Assembly: GCA_051294375.1 (NCBI GenBank)
Contig: CM119266.1
Span: 10,701,571-10,765,570 of the forward strand
Reading direction: 5' to 3'
DNA from: Paraspadella gotoi
Taxonomy: Eukaryota; Animalia; Chaetognatha
DNA length: 64,000 bases
The translations under genes were made by a program, and so were the position numbers. Of the stretch, positions 1-11,100 are shown piece after piece. Position 1 is the first letter of the stretch. Each line of letters begins with the position of its first letter. The notes beneath the pieces are model-generated. The model saw only the letters and a list, made by a program, of their open reading frames with translations, ran no database searches and was not told the origin of the DNA.

Positions 1-413
1 ATGTCTGCTTTATTTCTTTACTTTTTTAAACCCCTAAGAAGAGAGTCTCGCCTTTCAATTCTCGATTCTCGCCCTTTTTTCACTTTTTTAATTCGATCCT
101 GGTCTCGTCTGACTCTTTTGAGCTCAGGGCCGGATAATTGGACCGCGTGGTCGAAGGCAAAGCGTACAAATCTTTCATGTAAGGTTGAGAGAGAACGAAA
201 GAGATTTCGAATTCCGTTCCTCTTTCGGTTCTTACAAATGTTTTTTATTTCTTTGAGTTTAAAAATCTAAATTAATTCATGTTATGTGTATGAACGGAAT
301 GCGTAAACATTAAAAATTAAAAAAAAGAAGAAAATCTTCCATTTTCCCTTTCATACGCTTTGAACCTCGACCGCATTAAATATTCTATTCGCTTTTCCTT
401 TCCGCCCTCTCGC

Positions 414-456
<43 letters not shown>

Positions 457-1019
457 CTCTCATGCTCATCTCGTCTCTCTCTCTCTCTCCACGGCGTCGT
501 CACTTCCTTCGCGTTCGACGTTCGACGTTCCCTCCAGTCGCACTCGCTGTTCACAACCCCGTCTAAGAAAAAAAATATCAATTCAATCAAAAGAATAAGA
601 AATCAAAAAAAAGAAATCTCAATTTATATCCAGCACTTGCCCCGACCGAAATACAAATTTGATTGTTTCCCTCTCGAATAAAAAATAAAAATAAAAACAA
701 GAAAAAATAGGAAAAAAGTATTTCTCAACTGTCGTTTTTATTTCCCCTCCGCCTTCATCAAAGTTTCATTCGAAAAAGAAAAGGCTTCAAACGCTTTTCA
801 ATTTGGAATCAAATTTGAATCGCGAACGAAGCTCCTGATTAAATTCAAACGTCATAATTGACGTGCGATTAACTCGTAAATTCAATTCGATTCAATTAAC
901 TGGTTTTTCGATTCACCGTCGAAAACCCCGCCTTATATTTTATCACCGAATTCACGTCGATCTCTCTTCGGTGAACGATACTTCTCCCTCTCTGATCTGA
1001 ATCTTAACGATCGGAGACC

Positions 1020-3855
1020 ATGTCGGAAAAGCAGGGTAGTGGCGACAGCGCACGTAAGCGCGACGGCGAAGGAGGCGCCGTTGACAAGAGCGAAGGGCCG
1101 TCCGGGGCCGACGACGCCGGCGTCGGTCTTCAGCGCAACATTAATCTCTTCAACGCCGTCACCATAATCGTGGGCGTCATTGTTGGATCTGGTAGGATTT
1201 GGTGTTTTTATGTTTTGTTGAATCCAATTTGTCAAAGAGGATTTAGCGGATTAGTTTCAAGTGCAGTAGAAAAGAAGCAAACATTATACTTATTTAGTAA
1301 GGCGTAGTAAAATTCCTAAGTTTAACTTTAATTAAAATTCTAAAAGTGAGGAACGAACAACATTATACTTATGAACATTTATGTATAAAAAAAATTCATA
1401 ATAAATTTTACAATTTACGCAGTAGGCCATATTTATACTAGTACTAAACCAATAAATGTTAAAATTTCAAAACAGTTTTTTCTAAGATTTTTTTGCAGAT
1501 TTGGATTCGTCATAAAAAGTTGATAAAAAGAAATATAACTCTTTTTGAAAAATTCCTTCATTAAGTGGGTCAAAAATTAGAAAAAGCTATATTTTAAGCT
1601 GAAAATTAACTTTTATATATTAAATATAGTTTTTTTAATTTTTAACCCACTTAATGAAAGAATTTTTAAAAATGAATTATATTCTTTTTTATCAACTTTT
1701 GACGAGGAATTCAAATCTGCAATCAAAATTAAGAAAAGCCTATTTTGAAATTTTTCGATTTTTTAAGGATAGTACTATATATAAATATAGCCTACTGCGA
1801 AAATTAAAAAACATAAAATTAATTTTTTTTACAAATTAATGTTCACTGATGGTATGTTGTTCATAATTGACTTTTAGAATTTTCGTATGTAACTTTCACT
1901 ACGCCTTATTATTTAGCCCACTGTATAAGTAGTAGAATGTAGTTATGTATTTATATATTATATTCTGTACTGTTAATTTTCTTACTACAACCATATACTG
2001 TAAAAGGCAAAATTTAGGTTAAAAAGACGATCATGCGAATATATTGAACCATACGAAAAATAAATAATAACATGTACGTAATTACTAAATAGTTATCCAA
2101 TGAATGAATATTAAATAAACGCCAATTTTCTTATGCAATTAAGATAAGCGAGTTTATTAGCGGTAATATAAATTAAAACGTAAAGACAATGAATTAAAAT
2201 ATATATGTTAATATGTGATATATATGTGATATATATATGTGATATCTATTTCCAGAAGACAACACTGACTTCCCCTTCCCAAATTGAATTATTAGATAAA
2301 AAAAAAAAAATTAAAAAAGAATAAAAAATAAATAAAAATAAAATAAAAATAAAATAAAAATAAAATAAAAATAAAATAAAAATAAATTGAATAAATAATA
2401 TAAATTAAATACTAAATCCTTCATAAAAATATTAAAATATTAAAATAGAAAAATAAAAAATAGTGAAACAAGTAATTTGCAAATTTTCATAAATTAATAC
2501 ATAATGACAATGAATATAATAATAATAATAATAATATCAGTTAATATAAATTAATATGTAATGACAATGAATTAAAATGTATATGTTAATATAAATTAAT
2601 ACGTAATGACAATGAATTAAAATTAATTAGAGTATAAACCAATGTTTTATTAAACAAGTTACGGACAGGAGACGTTTGACAGTTTCGGTGATGCTTCAAG
2701 AATTTGAGTCCAACCGAGTTAATAGTAATCCTAAACATTTTTTTTCAGGTATTTTCGTTTCTCCTAAAGGGGTAGTGCAGGAAGTCCAGTCAGTTGGTCT
2801 CTCCTTAGTTGTTTGGGGCTCTTGCGGCGTCATGGCCTTATTAGGTGGACTTTGCTATGCTGAACTGGGTACTACACTACCTTTTGGAGGTGGAGACTAT
2901 GCCTACATACAAGTAAGATTTTTGTAACTTAAATATTTAGGCCTCTCTAATAGTTATATTAGTTTTTCATGTATTAGACCAAATTAGTGTGCCTCCGATA
3001 ATTGTCACTTCGGAATTTCGGTTTTCGTTCTTTATAACCGGCTTTTGTAGCTGGGAGACAGTTTGTAAATGGCAAAGCTATTGGTTGTAATTCCTATCGG
3101 TGATGGGTCCTAATTGATTTAGTTCTTCGCAAAAGATTACGCCTGACATTTCTCTAAAAGTTTACAACTAATACAAAAATAAGAGTTAAAATTGCTTTAT
3201 GAACAGATTATAATTGTATAATAAATCGGTCACTTTTTTGAAAATATATATTTAAAATAGTATGTATAAATAATTTAATCGTCATCAAAATATTTGGGAA
3301 AACAAATTTTTACAAATTTTACAAAATTATTATTTTTTCTCTCTTCCGTTCTTTGCTTATTCCAGACTTAGAAGTTTTATGTTCTGTCTTTGTTTTTTCT
3401 TCTGAATCAACCTGGTTGAATTCGAATAATGGCTTTTCAAAACGGAGAAGCCTCCCTAGCTTTTAAAAGCGGTTGATGTAAAAGCTAAGTTGATGTCGGA
3501 CTCGATATTTCATTCCCCCCGAAGAAAAGAAACCCAAAAGGATTCGGTTTCTGGCTTAAAATTGGAATTGGAAACCGATTAAGCCGAAATGGACATTTTA
3601 GACTTAGAGATAGTCGGGAGGAATCCTTTTAGAATTAACTGGTCGTTTGTTTTTGATTTTTTCTCTTTTATTTCAGCACGCTTGGGGAGATTTGACCGCC
3701 TTTCTCTACATCTGGACGCAAGTGATGATTATCTTCCCAACTTCCAATGCCGCCATTGGAATCACGTTCGCTCTTTACGTCCTTCAACCAGTTTTTCCAA
3801 CTTGTGAATCGCCAAAGAATGCCGTCAGACTTCTTGCTGCGGTCGCTATTGGTAA

Positions 3856-3942
<87 letters not shown>

Positions 3943-6891
3943 CTTTTAAGTTCCAAGGTTCATTATTCTTGTCGTCTCTTAGCAACCGGAGCACTGGTAA
4001 ACCCCCTAGGGCTGACGCATCGCGATAATTTCCGTTTTTCCGCATTATATTTTCTTCTAAATTTTTTTTAAAAACAAAAATGAACCAAGAATGTCGTTTT
4101 TTGAAGGAGCAGGATGCGCTAGATTACCTCAAGCAATATAAGGTGATCAACAATCAATGATCAGAATTCTAAGACTCATTTTACAAGCTATAAGAATTGA
4201 AATGAAATAAATTGCTTTTTTCCCTTGCAAGATCTTGGAACTTTTCGATGACATTACCGCATTGATGGTTAATAAAAAGCCCGAGAATCCTAGGAGATTT
4301 TGCCTGAGCGTTTTGACTGCTTTGCGTCAAGCGAAGTCAGTGGCTAGCTCTGGTGGAAACGACACCTTACTTCGACTTTGTCCGGTTCTTTTTTACGAAG
4401 ACAATGTTGGGGCGTTATTCAACATGCTGGATCCTGAGGGCAAAGGTTTTTCTTTAATTTTGAAAGTTGTGTGTTGCGTCAGAACGCTTATTTTTGTTCG
4501 TCCTCAGGATATGTGACAAGGGAACAGTACGAGCGCGCCCTCTTTAGTCTGGGCGTGCCGGAATCTCTTCGAATCGAAATCGACGAAACATACGAAGGAA
4601 GAGAAGTTGATATCGTATCGAAAAACCTGTTTATGAAATATGTAACAGCTGCTTTGACGAGCGCGGCTATTCGATTTTTGTGATACTCTCATGATGTATT
4701 ACGAACTACGAATATAACTCACCCGGTTATTACATCTATTCTTTTTATGAAATTGGTACTTTAGTTAGCCTTAAAATAAGGGGATATTATTTTTTGTCTA
4801 TTATCTAGCTCGTAAACCTGACGGCAGATTAAAATATAGTATTCGATTTATTTATTGCTTTGGAAGATGTTTGGCCATTTTTTCTAAAAAACGCCCTTTC
4901 GTTGTTTTCTTTACAGTACTAATTGGTGCCGTCAATTGTGTCTCTGTCAAATGGGCGGCGAAAGTACAAAACGTCTTCACTGTGGCGAAAGTTTTGGCTC
5001 TCGTCTTGATCATCATCGTTGGCTTTGTTGCGATCGGCCAAGGTTAGCTGCGTTTAATGTCACTTGAGTGACTTACAAAAAAAAAAAAACGCGCCACTTT
5101 ATAACTTTAAATTCCAAACGCTCCATAAAAATATATTTCAAAATTATATATAAAAAAATTTAAAAAAAGAATCGATATGTATAAATTTAAAATTGAGTGT
5201 TCCAAAACAAAATGAGAAAATGAAGTTTTATTCAAAAAAAAAGTCAGGAGCCTATTATTCATCTTTTTTTATAACCTTGTATCGTTTCTCTCTTTTCGTT
5301 GCGTTTGAGATTAGATGAGAAAATAATCTTTATGAGATGAATGATGAACTAACATTGGAATTGTTACTTAGGGATCTGGGTTAATCCTGTTATCCAGCTA
5401 TCCCTCCATATTTGCACATGACTGTACCTTTTTTGAACATTTTTTCTCTTTTCAGGTCGCATTGAAAATTTTCAGGATTCATTTGATGGATCAGAATATC
5501 ATGCTGGAAAAATATCTTTGGCCTTTTACTCCGGACTGTTCTCTTATGCAGGATGGTGAGGTTAAATTTTAAAAAAATCTCGTCAAAACCCTCATAACAT
5601 TTTTATTTCTTTTTATCGTTAGGAACTATCTGAATTTTATGACCTCGGAAATGAAAAACCCTTACAAAAACTTGCCTCTGGCAATCTTCATAGGAATGCC
5701 ACTTATAACCATCATCTATGTTCTGGCAAATATCGCCTATTTTACCGTCTTAAATCCTTATGAAGTTATCGAGTCTGAGGTATTTTTAAATTTTAAATCT
5801 TTATTGAAGGATTAAAATTGCAGAAAAAAAAATCAGCCGATTGCTCTTTTATTTAGGCCACTGCGGTTACTTTCGCCGAGCGTCTCTTGGGAGTATTCTC
5901 TTGGTGCGTCCCCGTTTTCGTAGCAATGTCGTGCTTCGGCGGACTGAACGGCTGCATTATGACGACTTCCCGTACTTTCTTCACAGCGGCGCAGCAGGGT
6001 CACTTGCCGGACGTCCTTGCGCTCATTCACGTCGACTATCTTACCCCCATCACAGCGTGAGTGAAACCACAGCTCACCCTGAGATCGACAATTCACGTAG
6101 TATATTTCGCTCTAACGTTGTTTTCCTATTACAGAGTGATCTTTGAATGCGCGCTCTCTCTCATCATGTTGATTCCCAACGACGTTTTCTTTCTCATCAA
6201 CTATTTGACGTTCGCCGAATTTTTCTTTATGGCCATCAGTATTGCGATCATCCCCTATCTCAGGTTTATTTTTAAATCATAAATCCCCTATCATTCTGGA
6301 GGGAATTTTATCACAAGTTTGGTTTTGTTTTTTTTTTATTACTTTCGCTCTGAGCCTCGGCCTGAGGTCGTCGGTTTTTTGCCTTTTGGAAAATCAAATT
6401 ATTTTTAGTTTAAAGAATTTTTTTTACGCGAGGGGAATGACTGATAGAGTTTTTGTTATCTATTTTAGATGGAAGCAGCCAAATCTGGAGCGACCAATCA
6501 AGGTTCCTCATTTGGTCTACATTATATTTCTTATCATATGTTTGTTTCTGGTCATCGTTCCTTTATACACGAATCCTGAAGATATAGGTAATTATTTTGG
6601 GGGTTTTAAAAATTACGAAAGGCGTGAATTCTGCTTAAAAGGTGAAAGATCGCTTCGCCTTAACTTTACAACATTTGCAGTATATCCTGAAGAGAAATGA
6701 GTAATACGTTCGTACAAATAATTATTTTTTTCGCAGGCATGGGATTGCTGATCATTGTATTAGGAATTCCGGTCTATTGGGCTGGAGTTTGCTGGAAGAA
6801 AAAGCCAAAAGCTTTTCAGAACCTCATGACATCCATCACTTTTGGGGTTCAGAAGCTTCTCATTTGTGTACCGGAAACAAAGAATGATTGA
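1020..6891 (+). CDS. SLC7-family L-type amino acid transporter light chain (LAT1/LAT2/y+LAT-like), 10 exons, 498 aa
   Basis: GT-AG exons 1020-1191, 2749-2912, 3677-3851, 4917-5042, 5456-5555, 5623-5779, 5857-6056, 6135-6263, 6469-6587, 6737-6891 splice into one open frame (1497 nt). Hallmark LAT motifs: [31 protein letters not shown] (Cys that bonds to the SLC3 heavy chain), [43 protein letters not shown]. The exact paralog cannot be assigned. Confidence 0.96.
1301..1905. mobile_element. Foldback MITE (GGCGTAGT...ACTACGCC termini), copy 1
   Basis: Imperfect palindrome of about 600 bp in SLC7 intron 1. A second copy lies in reverse orientation at 15999-16690. Confidence 0.85.
3858..3940. repeat. 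(CT)n microsatellite
   Basis: Pure CT run just after the SLC7 exon 3 donor. Similar runs at 416-489, 45233-45290 and 61970-62065. Confidence 0.95.
3974..3986 (+). promoter_or_regulatory. RFX X-box-like motif upstream of the EFCAB10-like gene
   Basis: GTCTCTTAGCAAC matches the RFX-type CYTAGCAAC motif and lies about 95 bp upstream of the ATG of a gene from a cilia/sperm-associated family. Confidence 0.5.
4080..4683 (+). CDS. EFCAB10: EF-hand calcium-binding domain-containing protein 10-like (RIIa/DD-like N-terminus plus EF-hand), 3 exons, 150 aa, nested in SLC7 intron 3
   Basis: Exons 4080-4142, 4232-4445, 4508-4683 give [56 protein letters not shown]...[35 protein letters not shown]. This follows the EFCAB10 pattern (A.EYL.KH.I.EL...LT..L.F..PE.P..YL...L..L..A; F.M.D..G.G.I...QY.EAL..LG). 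Confidence 0.85.
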
Positions 6892-7330
6892 CTTCACAAA
6901 AATCAATCCGAATCTCTTCGCTTTTATGTGTAATAGTAATGTTTGTTTTTTTTTTCACCTTATCGTATTGTGGACAGTGTCGTGATAGCAGTATACAATT
7001 ATTTCTATTTTAAAAATAGTATCGACTTATTACAAAGATTATATTTTTTAGCATTTTTATCATTTGTTAGATTATTTTCATATAATTTTACTGTTATGAA
7101 CAATAGCTTGGTGACGCAGAGTTAAAGGGTTTATCGTAGCGTGGCCTTTTTTATTTAAATATACGAGTTATAAACTTACTAGTATAATGAGCTACATCCA
7201 TGACAAAATTTGTTATCTTTCCAGAAACAGCTAAATATGTGTCATCGCGAAATTGGCCGATTCAGACAAAACAGTTGTAACGAACTTCCAGCTAGTTAAA
7301 GAAAATAACCTCCTCGTCTGCCGTCATCAA

Positions 7331-7745
7331 TTAGTAAAATATTTCGTTGGAAAATGCCGGATCTTCGGACCAAGTCAAATGGGGAAAGTAGGAATATTGA
7401 TTGGCCGGCAACGGTTCCATGTTGTTAACCGTCGCCAGCCCTCGACGACCCGATGCTGCGGAACGAGAACTCTTGGGAGCCGCGCCGAACGTGACGTCTT
7501 CGACGATCGACGAGGCGTATGGCGTCGACGAAGAGACTGACCCGAACCGACTCAGAGGTAAGGCTCGCTGAGGTGTGGCGAAAACGTAGGCGGGTTCACT
7601 CTCTGGGTACGTGAGAATCTCTCTTGAACGGTTCATATCTTCCACGCTTTCCCAATCGAGGTTTGGTTCTAACCAACTGATGTCGTCAGAATCCATCGTG
7701 TTTGAGGAAATGTTTTCGTAGTTCATAATCTTGTTTGGCATTGAA
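7331..7745 (-). CDS. Terminal exon of an unknown Ser-rich protein (orphan)
   Basis: GC-richer 136-aa open frame preceded by a polypyrimidine-CAG acceptor at 7746. Phase-compatible upstream exons exist at 7906-7845 or 8081-8038. No recognisable domain. Confidence 0.5.
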
Positions 7746-8140
7746 CTGATGAAAAAAAATTGGAGAGTTGAATCAGTAAAGTAGAAAAATCAATGTCTCT
7801 CTTTTAAAAATATTTGATGGCAACGAAGGGATCTTGAAAGATACTCGAGTCGGCTGTTAGGTGATTTGCTTTTCATGGATACACGTCTTGTTTTGTCATT
7901 GAGCATATAATTTTAACAAACCCTGCAATGAAAGCATGGGGCCCCTTAGATCGAACCCATGGCCATTGGTCGGAAATTGTAACAAGAGAGAATGGTGATG
8001 CGGTTATTACCGTGACATCACATAATGAATACATTACTTGTCCAAGTTCGCGATGTTCAAATCATTTATTTTCTTATCCATTACGCCATCGAGTTCAACA
8101 GATGAAGTTAGTAGATGGTTGATTGATGAGATCCGACGCT

Positions 8141-11100
8141 TTAGGACAAAATATTCTGTATAGAGAAGTTCGCTGCCTGTGTACTTAAGTGATAACTTTA
8201 GTCTTTTGCATAAAACTTACTCTTTTACTGGGCTTTTTATATGAAAATGGCGATCCTGGTAGAAGCAAGACAAGACCAAATCCCACTATGAAGAGTGATG
8301 CGCCAACCTTATTGAAATGACATGTTCAGTTTGGCTAGAATACGGTTATTTTAAACTTTGTATTGATTACCATTACTAATAATCCAGCATGGTGCCTCAT
8401 CCACTTCATGGGATTTTTTATTCCTGATGCGTTTACGAATGATACTGAAATCTGAGAATCGTCGATGAATGGATCTTAAAGGGAAAAAATATTTTGGTCA
8501 TTTTAGTTTTCCTTTATTTTTTTTTCTTCGGTCTTGCCTCTCTCGAATGTGGCGAGTGATCCTTGAGCTTCAGTTTTCTTTGATATTCCCCATGTTTCTG
8601 GTTTTGGATTGTCAAGTAGAATACCCGCCGTCGCGTTTAATTTAAACCCTTACAAGATGAAATTTTCAACATTCATCATTTGTTTACCACTGATTTTATT
8701 ATTTTGTTATTTTATTACCTTGATTTATTCCATATGGTTCATCAGGATTGAATACGTTCAACGAAACTTCCACTTCGATGATTTCATTCTCGTCATGAAT
8801 CTTTAAGCTAGTTTTATTTGTTTTTATTACAAGTGGTCATTTAAATCACTGAACTTATTATGCTAAACCTGTCTGCTGTGAGTAGACGCATTTGCTGCAA
8901 TTTTTCAGTATTTTTCTTCTTTGAGTTTCCCATTATTTCGACGTCTAAAGTAGAAATCTACTATGAAATTAAATTCAATAGGGGCGGGGGTTTAAAACTT
9001 AAGTCTTGAAGTCTACTTTCAGGAATTTTTTTTTAAAGTTCGATTTTAATGCTTGTTGCTATCAAAATTACAATTTTACTATATATATACTATATAATGA
9101 TAATAAATTTTTGTAATCATTCTTAAATTTGATCAATCCACCAAAAAAAGTTAAGATTAAGTAATAAAATTATCGAAATATGATGAATTATGATAATTAA
9201 GTTAGTATTAAGTTAATATTTTTTACCCGCATATGATCAAAATATCTGAAGCCTACTTTTAAATACCTTGGAGGTCCTCGTCATTCGCTTGTAATCTTGC
9301 ATACTTTATATTGTTCTGATCGTCATAGTAATAGTAGTAATATTCGTTGTTCCCATCATCGTGATATGAAATAGACGGCCCACAGTCCCCCTAATTTTGT
9401 TTTTAATTAGTAATATATTGTCTAAGAAAATATGATTTCAATATAACTTAATCCAAAGCTTTATAATCGTACCACTGTGCATATTTCGGGAAAGTTAGGA
9501 CAGATTTCAACCACGCAATCAAAGTATATTTGATTAGAGCCATCAAACTGAAAGGCCGACAGATTTGCAGATACTATATTAGGATTTAAAGGATCTTGTT
9601 CTGGTGGTTGGATGACATTTGCGGCTTCAGCTGTGGGGCAACCTAGAATTCATTAAAAAAAAAATAGTTATTAAAGTTAAAGAAAACAACATCGCTCTGC
9701 TTGATCTTTTAGCAAATAAACCAAGTCCTCAACTCATTCCTTTTTTTAACTAAACTTGTTCAAATATTTTTGTCTTTTATTCAAGCTACTTTAAAAAAAA
9801 TTCTTCTATATCGAAACCATATCTTTCAAATTTTGTGAGTCATTTATATAACATTCAGAAAATTTAATATGATAAGCGTTTAGGGATTAAGCAGGAGGAA
9901 AATGTAATTTACCCACCGTCTTGCAAAATTGTTAAGCTCCCTCCAGTTTTGTTAGGAAACGCATATGCTGTGCATTTGATGATATCGACACTTGCATTTA
10001 TTCCGGCGTTTTGGGCTGTGAACTAGTTAAAACGAACAATTAAATTAATATATTACGATTTCAAAATTTTTTGTCAAACCTGTAAAAATAACGGAGTACC
10101 GACAGGTACAGACGGTGGTGGCAATTGGTTTGTTTCATTAAGGACTTGGAACAAGACTCCTGGAGGGTTTTGAGCTACTCCAGCATTGGTAAGGTTCCTT
10201 AAAAGAAATATAATGATTAAAATCTAGTCTCGTCAAAAATCTTTAACAATATCTTACAATGGATCTATCGTGACGTTTTGGAGCAATGTGTTGACTGTGA
10301 AAGTTTCAGTAGTGTTAAAACCAGGTCCTGGACATTTTGCCATTATTACTTCATCGATGGCTGTTGTTATTCCCGGTTGGTATTGAATAATAACAGCAAC
10401 ACAATAATACATGTCCCACTGTAATTAATTTGTTATCATTTTAATCGGTAACTCTGCTCTTTTGGTCGCATCAAAGGTTTTTCTTTAATTTGTGGCGAGA
10501 CTCAATCATAACTACGATTTCTCTGAGAAACCAGTCGGAAACTTTTGTTGGCATCTCGTTTCGTCACTTTTAAGTCCTTGAGTAAACTTTTTAAACCACA
10601 AATTTTATTTTTAATCTTTTGTTCCTTGAGGCTTGTGATTTTTTTTTTTTTTTTTTTTTGCTCAAGTTATTTGGTGTAAAAAGCCCCCACTGCTTACGGT
10701 TGTTCAGGATTCGCCGCTTACCGTCAGTGTGACATTTCCACAAACATCTGTTGAGAGATCGATGTTCAGTTCTTTGAATTCATCAACTTCAATAGTATAA
10801 TTGGTTAATGGATCCAATCTATACCTTTCATTAGAGAATACGCAATCTGGGTTTGTTTCTTGTCCCAAAATGAAAGTCTGAACATAAAATAAATTGTTAT
10901 TGATGTTATTTTATTATTATTTCACGATGTGTATCTCTTTTTTACCTTTTTCTTGTAAGTACTTCCATGGGGATTCACTCTGATTGTTGCATTGTTACCA
11001 TTACATTCTACGTCACCTAATAAAAATTGAATTCATATCTGATTAAATAAAAAAGTTTTTATCAGTTACCAAAAGACTGGCTGATATTTTCTTTAATAAT

